A stretch of DNA of 19,586 nucleotides, taken from assembly GCA_048885535.1 (NCBI GenBank), contig JBHLLO010000027.1, positions 1 to 19,586 on the forward strand. Reading direction: 5' to 3'. Below, one piece after another: positions 1 to 7,777 of this stretch. A program made the translations under genes and the position numbers. Below the pieces are notes generated by a model. The model was not told where the DNA came from and did not search any database. It saw only the letters and a program-made list of their open reading frames with translations. This DNA comes from Candidatus Hermodarchaeota archaeon (GTDB lineage: Archaea; Asgardarchaeota; Lokiarchaeia; Sigyniarchaeales; SOKP01). Position 1 is the first letter of the stretch; each line of letters begins with the position of its first letter.

Positions 1-1229
1 GTACGAGGCATTGTTGGACAAATAATCACATCACATTCATTAAAAACCCTTTGAAAATCATTTTTTATTAGAGTTCTTACTTTGAGAGCTTTAATATAAT
101 ATTGATCGTAGTAGCCAGCTGACAATGCATAGGTACCTAAAATAATCCTTCTTCTTACTTCATCTCCAAAATTCTGCCCTCTTGTTCTGTTATATACATC
201 GAATGTATCGCCACTTAAATCTGAACTCATTTTTCCATATCTTAATCCATCATATCTAGCTAAATTCGAACTAGCTTCACTCATACATAGCAAATAATAA
301 GTAGCGACTGTATATTCAAGATGAGGGATTGTAACTTCTATGGTTTTGGCTCCTAAATTTTTGAGTTTCTCAATAGATTTATTAACTGATTGTCTTACTT
401 GAGGTTCAATTCCTTCACCAAAAAATTCTTTCGGAACTCCAATTTTTTTTTTTTCTATAGACTTGTCAATTCCATCTGTATATTTGTCAGGCTTTACATC
501 AGCTGAGGTTGAATCAAGCAAATCTTTCCCTGATATGATTTCAAGCAGTAATGCTGAATCAAAAACACACTTAGTTATGGGTCCAATCTGATCCAAAGAA
601 TTTGCAAATGCTATTAATCCATATCTTGAAACTCTACCATATGTAGGTTTTAAACCAACTGCTCCACAAAAAGATGCAGGACATCTAATACTTCCTCCTG
701 TATCGCTTCCTAATGCAATTACAGATAACCCTGATACAACTGCTGCTGCTGCTCCCCCACTTGAACCTCCTGGAACTCTATTTAAATCCCAAGGATTGTA
801 ACTCGGACCATAACAGCTTGTTTCTGTTGAACCTCCCATGGCAAATTCATCCATATTTGTATTCCCCAAATGAATTGCTCCTTCTTGCTCTACAAGACGC
901 TCAATAACAAAAGCATTATAAGGTGGACGGTAATTTTGCAAGATTTTTGAACAACACGTCGTTGGGAAATCTTTTATACATATTAAATCTTTGTTTGCGA
1001 AAGGTAATCCATAAAGACTTCCGACTTTTTTTTCTCCATTCTTTATTTTAATATCATATTCTTTTGCCCTGCTTAGTGCTTTTTCTTTTGAAAGATTTAT
1101 AAATGAATGAATAAGGTCATCATATGCTTCAATATTTTCAAATACTTCGCTAATTACCTCTTGAACAGTAATATCTCTATTTTTAATTTTTTCAATTAAT
1201 TCAAATCCCATGAGATTAGCAAATTGCAT
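1..1229 (-). CDS. gatA: Asp/Glu-tRNA amidotransferase subunit A (3' end lies outside the window)
   Basis: Translated by hand from ATG at 1229 (MQFANLMGFELIEKIK...). The same frame holds to the window edge. Amidase-signature motifs PFANKD, NMDEFAMG, PGGSSGG and GSDTGGSIRCPA are present, plus the GatA-specific ASSNLARYDGLRYG. It is absent from the ORF track, presumably because the stop codon is outside the window. Confidence 0.95.
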   Translation of the reverse strand, partial: MQFANLMGFELIEKIKNRDITVQEVISEVFENIEAYDDLIHSFINLSKEKALSRAKEYDIKIKNGEKKVGSLYGLPFANKDLICIKDFPTTCCSKILQNYRPPYNAFVIERLVEQEGAIHLGNTNMDEFAMGGSTETSCYGPSYNPWDLNRVPGGSSGGAAAAVVSGLSVIALGSDTGGSIRCPASFCGAVGLKPTYGRVSRYGLIAFANSLDQIGPITKCVFDSALLLEIISGKDLLDSTSADVKPDKYTDGIDKSIEKKKIGVPKEFFGEGIEPQVRQSVNKSIEKLKNLGAKTIEVTIPHLEYTVATYYLLCMSEASSNLARYDGLRYGKMSSDLSGDTFDVYNRTRGQNFGDEVRRRIILGTYALSAGYYDQYYIKALKVRTLIKNDFQRVFNECDVIICPTMPR

Positions 1230-1302
1230 ATATTAAAACCTTATTTTTAAATAACTCAGAAAAATTAGCTAACTATTAAATAACTCAACAATAGTAATTC
1301 TG

Positions 1303-1318
1303 GATTTCTAAAAAATTT
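1303..1318. repeat. 16-bp exact direct repeat, copy 1 (GATTTCTAAAAAATTT)
   Basis: Identical to 2713-2728. The two copies lie in the intergenic regions on either side of asnS. Confidence 0.7.
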
Positions 1319-1364
1319 GATTGTATGAGTTAGAAACTATTAAAGTGAATGATTAGATCTATTA

Positions 1365-2666
1365 TTAAGGTGTTTTTCTTAGCATCGTTCGAGGGAATGG
1401 AATGGCATCTTTAATATTATCTAATCCACAAATCCAAGAAACTACTCTTTCCACGCCTAATCCATAACCCGAATGAGGAACACTTCCATATTTTCTTAAC
1501 TCAAAATACCATTTATATTTTTCTGGGTCTTCCCCTTGCTCTTTTAATCTTTTGATCATATCATCTACCAACAGACTTCTCTCTGATCCACCTATTATTT
1601 CACAGTATCCTTCGGGAGCTAACATATCAAAACATAAAGCTTCTTCAGGATGATCTCCACTAGGTGGCTTATAGAATCCCATTATTTCTGTCGGATAATG
1701 AGTGACGACAACAGGAACTTTAAAGTGATCTGCGATTTTAGCTTCTTCAATTGTTCTTAAATCCTTGCCCCAAGGTATATCCATTTGATATTTTTGATTA
1801 AGGATTTCTAAAACTTTTGCATACTTTATGGTGGGATATTTTGCTTCAAAATAATGTTTAAGTAATCCAATATCTCTCTCTAAAATTTCTAGTTCTTTCT
1901 TATTAATTTCAAGCACTTTTTGAAGAATAAATCGAATTTCATCTTTTGCAACTTCTGCAATCTCATCTAATTTCATCCAAGCAACTTCCATTTCAGCCAT
2001 CCAAAATTCGGCTAAATGCCTTGAAGTTTTGGATCTTTCAGCTCTAAATGTCGGACCCATATTATAAATTTTACCTAATGAGAAAATTCCCGCTTCAGCA
2101 TACAATTGCCAAGTTTGGCTTAAATATATTTTATCTTCAAAGTATTTAACTTCAAATAAAGTTGCTCCTCCTTCAGATTGAGTAGGTTGGAATATAGGAG
2201 CATCAAATTCATAATAACCTCGAGTTCTAAAAAATTCATGGATTGCTCCAACAATCGTGTGTCGTATTTTTAAAATTGCGGTTAATTTTCTAGATCGCAA
2301 CCATAGATGTCTATTATCATACAAGAGTTCAGGAGATTGATACTCTGTAATTGGAAATGGCTCAGCAATTTGAATTATTTCTAGATTAGATATAGTAACT
2401 TCATAACCAGTAGGGGCTCTTTCATCCTTTCTTAGTTCACCGGTAACTTTTACAGATGATTCAATAGTTAATTTCTCAGCTTCTTTAAATATTTCAGGCG
2501 CTTTACTTTTAGATATAACACATTGTATTATATCTGACTCATCTCTCAAGATCAAAAAAACAAACTTATTTGAAGCCCGCTGTCTATATACCCATCCTCT
2601 TAAGTTTACTTTTCCAGATTCTTTTTTCAGAGCCTCTTCAATTGTTATATATTTTACTTCTGTCAT
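1365..2666 (-). CDS. asnS: Asparagine--tRNA ligase (class IIb)
   Basis: N-terminal OB fold (LRGWV...FLILRD). AsnRS-type motifs GPTFRAERSKTSRHLAEFW, EIIGGSER and RKYGSVPHSGYGLGVER...IPFPR. Confidence 0.93.
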   Translation of the reverse strand: MTEVKYITIEEALKKESGKVNLRGWVYRQRASNKFVFLILRDESDIIQCVISKSKAPEIFKEAEKLTIESSVKVTGELRKDERAPTGYEVTISNLEIIQIAEPFPITEYQSPELLYDNRHLWLRSRKLTAILKIRHTIVGAIHEFFRTRGYYEFDAPIFQPTQSEGGATLFEVKYFEDKIYLSQTWQLYAEAGIFSLGKIYNMGPTFRAERSKTSRHLAEFWMAEMEVAWMKLDEIAEVAKDEIRFILQKVLEINKKELEILERDIGLLKHYFEAKYPTIKYAKVLEILNQKYQMDIPWGKDLRTIEEAKIADHFKVPVVVTHYPTEIMGFYKPPSGDHPEEALCFDMLAPEGYCEIIGGSERSLLVDDMIKRLKEQGEDPEKYKWYFELRKYGSVPHSGYGLGVERVVSWICGLDNIKDAIPFPRTMLRKTP

Positions 2667-2712
2667 CTTTAAAAATCAATGATTCAATTGATTGATAAAT
2701 AAGAAAAAAGGT

Positions 2713-2728
2713 GATTTCTAAAAAATTT
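2713..2728. repeat. 16-bp exact direct repeat, copy 2 (GATTTCTAAAAAATTT)
   Basis: Identical to 1303-1318. Confidence 0.7.
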
Positions 2729-2817
2729 CACTAAAAAAAACTTATTCCTAGTATCCACTAATTCGAAAGTACTTTAATTATAAAATTTAAGAGAAAAATA
2801 AAGAGTAAATATAACGT

Positions 2818-3366
2818 TTATAATATAAAAATCGCAGCAGCAACTACTGAGGCCCATTCATTTTCGTTCCTTACCGTGGCAGAAGAAGTAATATTTTTTG
2901 TTTCTACAATTTTACCTTCCATTCGAAAAACTTCTCTCTTTTCATCATAATTTGCCTCGGGATCAAAAGGTATGCCTAATGTAGTTGCTAACATTTCTGC
3001 GGCTAGATCTTCCGCAAAATCTCCAACATTTTCAGGTTTTATTCCAAAAGAATGATGTTCACTTAAATATCCATAATGGCCTATATCAGCTGGTTTTGCT
3101 ACACCAATTGAAGCGCATATTAAGCGATTATATTCATTGGAATCTGCTCGTGCAATAACGGCATAAATAATCTGACCTGGTCGAAGCTGATCTAATCCAT
3201 TTTCTCTATCTACTTCAATACAATATGGAGGTAGGATGGAAGAAACATTCACTAAATTATATTTTTCAATGCCCGCATCCCTAAGGGCTTCTTCAAATGC
3301 TGCTAATTTAGATTTGTGAAATCCTTTCCCTCTTACAAAGAATACCTTTTTTGGGACAAGTGACAT
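2818..3366 (-). CDS. pdaD: Pyruvoyl-dependent arginine decarboxylase
   Basis: 182 aa. AFEEALRDAGIEKYNLVNVSSILPP contains the Ser-Ser autocleavage site, and GYLSEHH is present. Confidence 0.9.
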   Translation of the reverse strand: MSLVPKKVFFVRGKGFHKSKLAAFEEALRDAGIEKYNLVNVSSILPPYCIEVDRENGLDQLRPGQIIYAVIARADSNEYNRLICASIGVAKPADIGHYGYLSEHHSFGIKPENVGDFAEDLAAEMLATTLGIPFDPEANYDEKREVFRMEGKIVETKNITSSATVRNENEWASVVAAAIFIL

Positions 3367-3717
3367 GCTTTAGCTTTAATCTTAATTCTTATATTTATTA
3401 TTAATATTATAAATACTAAAATTATTTAAATTTAATTAAAAGATATGAATAATATAAAATTCAATTAGAATAGAGTCTCAAATTTCTGCCAATTTTCGAT
3501 TTCTCCAATGAAATTTTTAGATCTTAAGCCATAAGATTAAAAGTCTTCTCCTCAAGGCGTATCTCTTTATAGAATTTTCAAATCTTATTAACTGGAAGAC
3601 TTCATTAGAATCATTAAGATTTAGATTATTTAGTATTATCAAACTAATATTTATGCATTTCAAATTGACAAGGTTTTTTAGTGTTATTTAAAACGTTTAA
3701 AGCATTTTTATTATTCT

Positions 3718-4707
3718 ATGAATAAACGTCATTTAGAAGAATACCTTATTAAAAAAGTTGAACCATTTAATGTTTATAATGTGAAAAATGTCGAGAACTT
3801 ACTAAATTCTTTAAAAAATTGCGGATTTCAAGGAAGGAATTTAGGGAAAGCTCTTGATATTCTTCATAAAATGGTCACTGACAATAACATTTTAACAGTT
3901 TTAACACTTTCAGGTGCAATGGTTCCGGCTGGGATGGGTGAAATAGTATGTGCCTTAATTGAAAACAATCTTATTAATGTCATAGTGAGCACAGGAGCAA
4001 ATATTATTCATGACTTAGTTGATGTAGCGTCTAATATTGGACATTTTGTTGGAAATCCAAATATAGATGATGGAGAGTTATTCAAAGTTCGTATAAATCG
4101 AATTTATGATACCTTTTTACCTGAAGATAATTATAAAAAGGCAGAGAATTTGATCTTGGATATATTTCATAACATTTTTGATTCTAAGCACGTTGAAATA
4201 ACTCCTTCTGAACTCTTCAAAAGAATAGGAGAAAAAATCGAATCAAGATGTATTCTTTCTGTGGCTGCTAAGTATAATATCCCTATATTTGTTCCAGCAT
4301 TTTCTGATTCGGAATTTGCACTAGATATGATAAAATTTTCTATTAGAGATGGCTATAAATTCACTCTTGATATTTTTGGTGATGTACTAAGCTTCGCAGA
4401 TATTATCAGAAAAGCAAAAGAATATGGAACGATAATAATTGGGGGCGGAGTACCCCGAAATTGGGCTCAACAAGTATTTCCTTTATTAGATCAAATTGAT
4501 CATATTGAATCAATGGGATATAATTATTCTGTAAGAATACATACTGCTACAGAGTATGATGGTGGCCTTTCTGGTTGTACTATTAATGAATCTAAATCTT
4601 GGGGTAAATATTCATTAGAATCAAAATATGTGAGCATATGGTGTGATGCAACAATTGCTTTACCTATCTTAATTACAGGGTTATTTCAACGTCTAAAAAT
4701 CATTTAA
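3718..4707 (+). CDS. dys: Deoxyhypusine synthase-family protein, paralog 1
   Basis: Motifs GFQGRNLG, LSGAMVPAGM, STGANIIHD, RIYD, PAFSDSE, GGGVPRNW, DGGLSG, catalytic-Lys motif ESKSWGK and DATIALP. Confidence 0.9.
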   Translation: MNKRHLEEYLIKKVEPFNVYNVKNVENLLNSLKNCGFQGRNLGKALDILHKMVTDNNILTVLTLSGAMVPAGMGEIVCALIENNLINVIVSTGANIIHDLVDVASNIGHFVGNPNIDDGELFKVRINRIYDTFLPEDNYKKAENLILDIFHNIFDSKHVEITPSELFKRIGEKIESRCILSVAAKYNIPIFVPAFSDSEFALDMIKFSIRDGYKFTLDIFGDVLSFADIIRKAKEYGTIIIGGGVPRNWAQQVFPLLDQIDHIESMGYNYSVRIHTATEYDGGLSGCTINESKSWGKYSLESKYVSIWCDATIALPILITGLFQRLKII

Positions 4708-4759
4708 TTTATAAAACATATTCCATTAATTTTTAATTTGGGATTATATTAATTCTTAT

Positions 4760-5761
4760 ATGCCTAATTCTCGAAAAGAAGATTACCTTACAACAAAAGT
4801 CTCTCCTTTTGATATTTCTAATATTAAAAACATTGATGATGTGTTAAAATCATTAAGATTCTGTGGTTTCCAAGGTCGGAATTTAGGATTAGCAGGTGAT
4901 ATTCTTTATGAAATGTTTAATGATCAGAGTTGTTTAACGATCCTAACTTTAAGTGGAGCTATGGTTCCTGCTGGAATGGGAAGATTAATTTGTGAATTAA
5001 TAGAAAATAAACTAATTGATGTTATTATTTCAACTGGAGCAAATATAACTCATGACTTTATTGATGCTACCATAAATGGAGGACATTACATAGGAAATGA
5101 TAACGTGGATGATGAAGATTTATTTAGACATCAAATAAACCGAATATATGACGTTTTTTTACCTGAAGATAATTATAATGTAGCAGAGAATGAACTGCTT
5201 AAAATATTAAAAAGTAAATTTCCAAATAAGGTATTTGAGATAACTCCTTCAAAATTTTTTCAAATAATAGGAAAAGAAATTAAAAACAGAAGTATATTAT
5301 CGAGTGCAGCAAAAAATGACATACCAATTTTTGTTCCTGCAATCTCTGACTCTGAATTTGCATTAAATCTTGTGAAGTTCACAGAAACTGAAGGATTTGA
5401 TATAGATTTTAGAGTTTTAAAGGATGTTAAAAAATTCGCCGAAATAATCAAGAAAGCAGATTCATGTGGGACGTTTATTATTGGAGGAGGGGTTCCTAGA
5501 AATTGGGCTCAACAAATTTATCCTTATATTGAGAACATAGAGAAATTAAGAAGAAATGATTATGAGTTCGGGTATAAATATTCTGTTAGAATTCATACCG
5601 CAACAGAAAAAGATGGTGGGTTAAGTGGTTGCAGTTTAAGTGAAAGTAAATCTTGGGGTAAATATTCAATCGATGCAAGGTATGTGAGCATATGGTGCGA
5701 TGCTACTATTGCTCTACCGATATTAATCACTGGAGTTTTACAAAGATTAAAATTAGCTTAG
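4760..5761 (+). CDS. dys: Deoxyhypusine synthase-family protein, paralog 2
   Basis: Same motif set as paralog 1 (GFQGRNLG, STGANITHD, GGGVPRNW, ESKSWGK, DATIALP) and colinear with it over the full length. Confidence 0.9.
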   Translation: MPNSRKEDYLTTKVSPFDISNIKNIDDVLKSLRFCGFQGRNLGLAGDILYEMFNDQSCLTILTLSGAMVPAGMGRLICELIENKLIDVIISTGANITHDFIDATINGGHYIGNDNVDDEDLFRHQINRIYDVFLPEDNYNVAENELLKILKSKFPNKVFEITPSKFFQIIGKEIKNRSILSSAAKNDIPIFVPAISDSEFALNLVKFTETEGFDIDFRVLKDVKKFAEIIKKADSCGTFIIGGGVPRNWAQQIYPYIENIEKLRRNDYEFGYKYSVRIHTATEKDGGLSGCSLSESKSWGKYSIDARYVSIWCDATIALPILITGVLQRLKLA

Positions 5762-5780
5762 TTTTTCATATATTTTAGAT

Positions 5781-6569
5781 TTACTTTGTATTTTCCTTAC
5801 GCCTAAGAAGGTATCTTGAGAAAATATTCATATAAAGGCATTCTTCAGGAGGCATTTCCATTGTTAGTTTTGGATTTTCTGCAAACTCTACGTCTGATCC
5901 TCGAATAATCACAACAGGAGTTTGTTTGTCTGCTTCACTCAATAGAAATTGAGCCGCACTAGCAAGATCATCAGCTATAGCTCTCATCGTTATTTCTAAA
6001 GGTCTATTAAAAAGATCAGGTTTTCCTCTAAGATCCTCAATTGGTTCAAATCCTGCTGTTTTAATGGCAATACCGATAGTACCTTTTCTTAAAGGTTGAA
6101 CGCGAGAATCTACAATAATAATGCCAAGTTCTTCTAGATTGAACTCTTCTTTCAATTCTTTCCAATAGCTCCAGACCACATTATCAAGATCTTTTGGAAG
6201 TAGTACTACCTTGCCTAATCCTGCATTAGATTGATCTATTCCTGAATTTGCTATTAAAAAATCATTTACTTTAGTTAATATTACGTGTCTCATTCCCCCT
6301 AAAACTATAGATGCTTCATCTAATATTAACTGAACAAATCTTTCATCCATCTCATACTTTTTAGCTAGCTTTTTAGCTTTCTTTGAGATATGTTTAACAT
6401 CTGATAGTTTTGTAACTCTACCTTGGGAAGTTGCTACCACTTTTTCTGCTATAACAAGAATATCTCTTTCCCTTAGTGAGACATTTGATGTTTTAACATT
6501 ATTAATTATGATTTTCAGCAGATCGTCATTTTCTTTTATCAACGGAAGTTTTATTGCAAATAGTTCCAT
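5781..6569 (-). CDS. cofE: CofE-family gamma-glutamyl ligase (F420-0:L-glutamate ligase-like, possibly FolC2-type)
   Basis: Motifs LPLIKENDDL, DILVIAEKVVATSQG, ANSGIDQSN, DSRVQPLRKG, DLFNRPL..T...ADDLASAA and TPVVIIRG. Confidence 0.88.
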   Translation of the reverse strand: MELFAIKLPLIKENDDLLKIIINNVKTSNVSLRERDILVIAEKVVATSQGRVTKLSDVKHISKKAKKLAKKYEMDERFVQLILDEASIVLGGMRHVILTKVNDFLIANSGIDQSNAGLGKVVLLPKDLDNVVWSYWKELKEEFNLEELGIIIVDSRVQPLRKGTIGIAIKTAGFEPIEDLRGKPDLFNRPLEITMRAIADDLASAAQFLLSEADKQTPVVIIRGSDVEFAENPKLTMEMPPEECLYMNIFSRYLLRRKENTK

Positions 6570-6624
6570 CCTAACTAAAAAAATTAAACTTATTTGATAT
6601 AGTTTTTTACAATTATAAATAGGA

Positions 6625-7488
6625 ATGAAAAAAATATATGCTAGGCTGCATGATTCTTTAGAAATTGGGGATGATTTTGCGCCAGTTATAATGGGTGTTT
6701 TAAATTTAAGCCCAGAATCTTTCTATAAAGGCTCGGTTTATGAAGACCTCAATAAAATGAAACAAGCAGCTACAGAAATGATCCAAAATGGAGTAAAATT
6801 GTTAGATCTCGGAGCAAGATCAACTGCTCCATGGTCTAAAACAATTACCATAGAGGATGAAATCAATAGATTTGTTCCTGCTATGGAAGAATTATGTAAA
6901 ATCATTCCGAATGATCTAATTATATCTGTCGATACCCAGTACAAAAAAGTGGCTCAGGAAGCTTATGATATTTCCCAAAAAAATGGTAAAAAGATAATTA
7001 TAAATGATGTAAGTTGCCTAAAAACAGATCCTTCTTTAGCAGATTTTGTGAATGAATATGATCTTCCAATTATTTTAATGGCATCGAAAGAAATACCTGG
7101 TGATTTATTAGAAATAAAGGACATCGTATCCGAATTTAGGAAAACGATTAAAAGTTTAAAGTTGAAAGGGTATGATGCAAATAATATTATATTAGATCCT
7201 GGAATTGGACACTGGGTTGAAAAAAAAACATATAAATATGATTTAAAGATAATAGGAAACCTAAATACACTAAGAATCTTAGAAAAACCTATCCTTATTG
7301 CCGTCTCGAGAAAATCATTCATAGGTACAGCTTTAAACCTCCCTGATCCAAAGGATAGATTAAATGGTACTCTTTCTGCAACTGCTATAGCAGTATATAA
7401 CGGAGCACATATAATCCGAACTCATGATGTGAACCGCCAGTTATCTGAAATCGTTGAATTAGCTAATTATATAAGAAAGAATACATAA
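6625..7488 (+). CDS. folP: Dihydropteroate synthase
   Basis: Pterin-binding TIM-barrel motifs MGVLNLSPESF, DLGARST.P, ISVDT, IINDVS, DPGIG, SRKSFIG and RTHDV. Confidence 0.92.
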   Translation: MKKIYARLHDSLEIGDDFAPVIMGVLNLSPESFYKGSVYEDLNKMKQAATEMIQNGVKLLDLGARSTAPWSKTITIEDEINRFVPAMEELCKIIPNDLIISVDTQYKKVAQEAYDISQKNGKKIIINDVSCLKTDPSLADFVNEYDLPIILMASKEIPGDLLEIKDIVSEFRKTIKSLKLKGYDANNIILDPGIGHWVEKKTYKYDLKIIGNLNTLRILEKPILIAVSRKSFIGTALNLPDPKDRLNGTLSATAIAVYNGAHIIRTHDVNRQLSEIVELANYIRKNT

Positions 7489-7777
7489 CTAGAGCCTAAA
7501 TTTTAAATTTACTTATCCTTTAAAAATGAAGGTCTATTGTGTAATAAGTCTTAAATTTTACTGTTAATTAACTATTTGGTTTACCTCTTAAACGAATTCC
7601 GTGAAATTGGCTTAAAAGGTTGAAAAAAAATTAATTTCAAATAAAAAAAAAGTGTGCTTATATTTAAATTAGTGGAATACCTTTCATTATATGTAAAACG
7701 TTAAATAATCTCATAAGTTCAATTAAGAATTGATTAATTTAACCTTACATAAGAATATACACAAGATTAGATCTTTT

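Noticed and set aside
443-454. 12-T homopolymer inside gatA as a possible frameshift or phase-variation site
   Set aside because: It reads in frame as GAA AAA AAA AAA ATT (EKKKI), and GatA motifs continue in the same frame on both sides.
713-907. 64-aa + strand ORF
   Set aside because: It is an antisense shadow of the gatA amidase-signature region.
1365-2666. Non-discriminating AspRS call, suggested by the gatA neighbour
   Set aside because: The motifs (RHLAEFW, EIIGGSER, YGSVPHSG) are AsnRS-type rather than the AspRS QSPQLYKQ/GMPPHGG type.
3541-3606. SECIS-like element (AUGA followed by a stem on the minus strand)
   Set aside because: There is no matching GA on the 3' side to form the kink-turn quartet, and no in-frame UGA selenoprotein candidate nearby.
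7730-7777. 16-aa N-terminal extension of GyrB from TTG 7730
   Set aside because: The ATG at 7778 matches the usual GyrB N-terminus, so the extension is likely a longest-ORF artefact.
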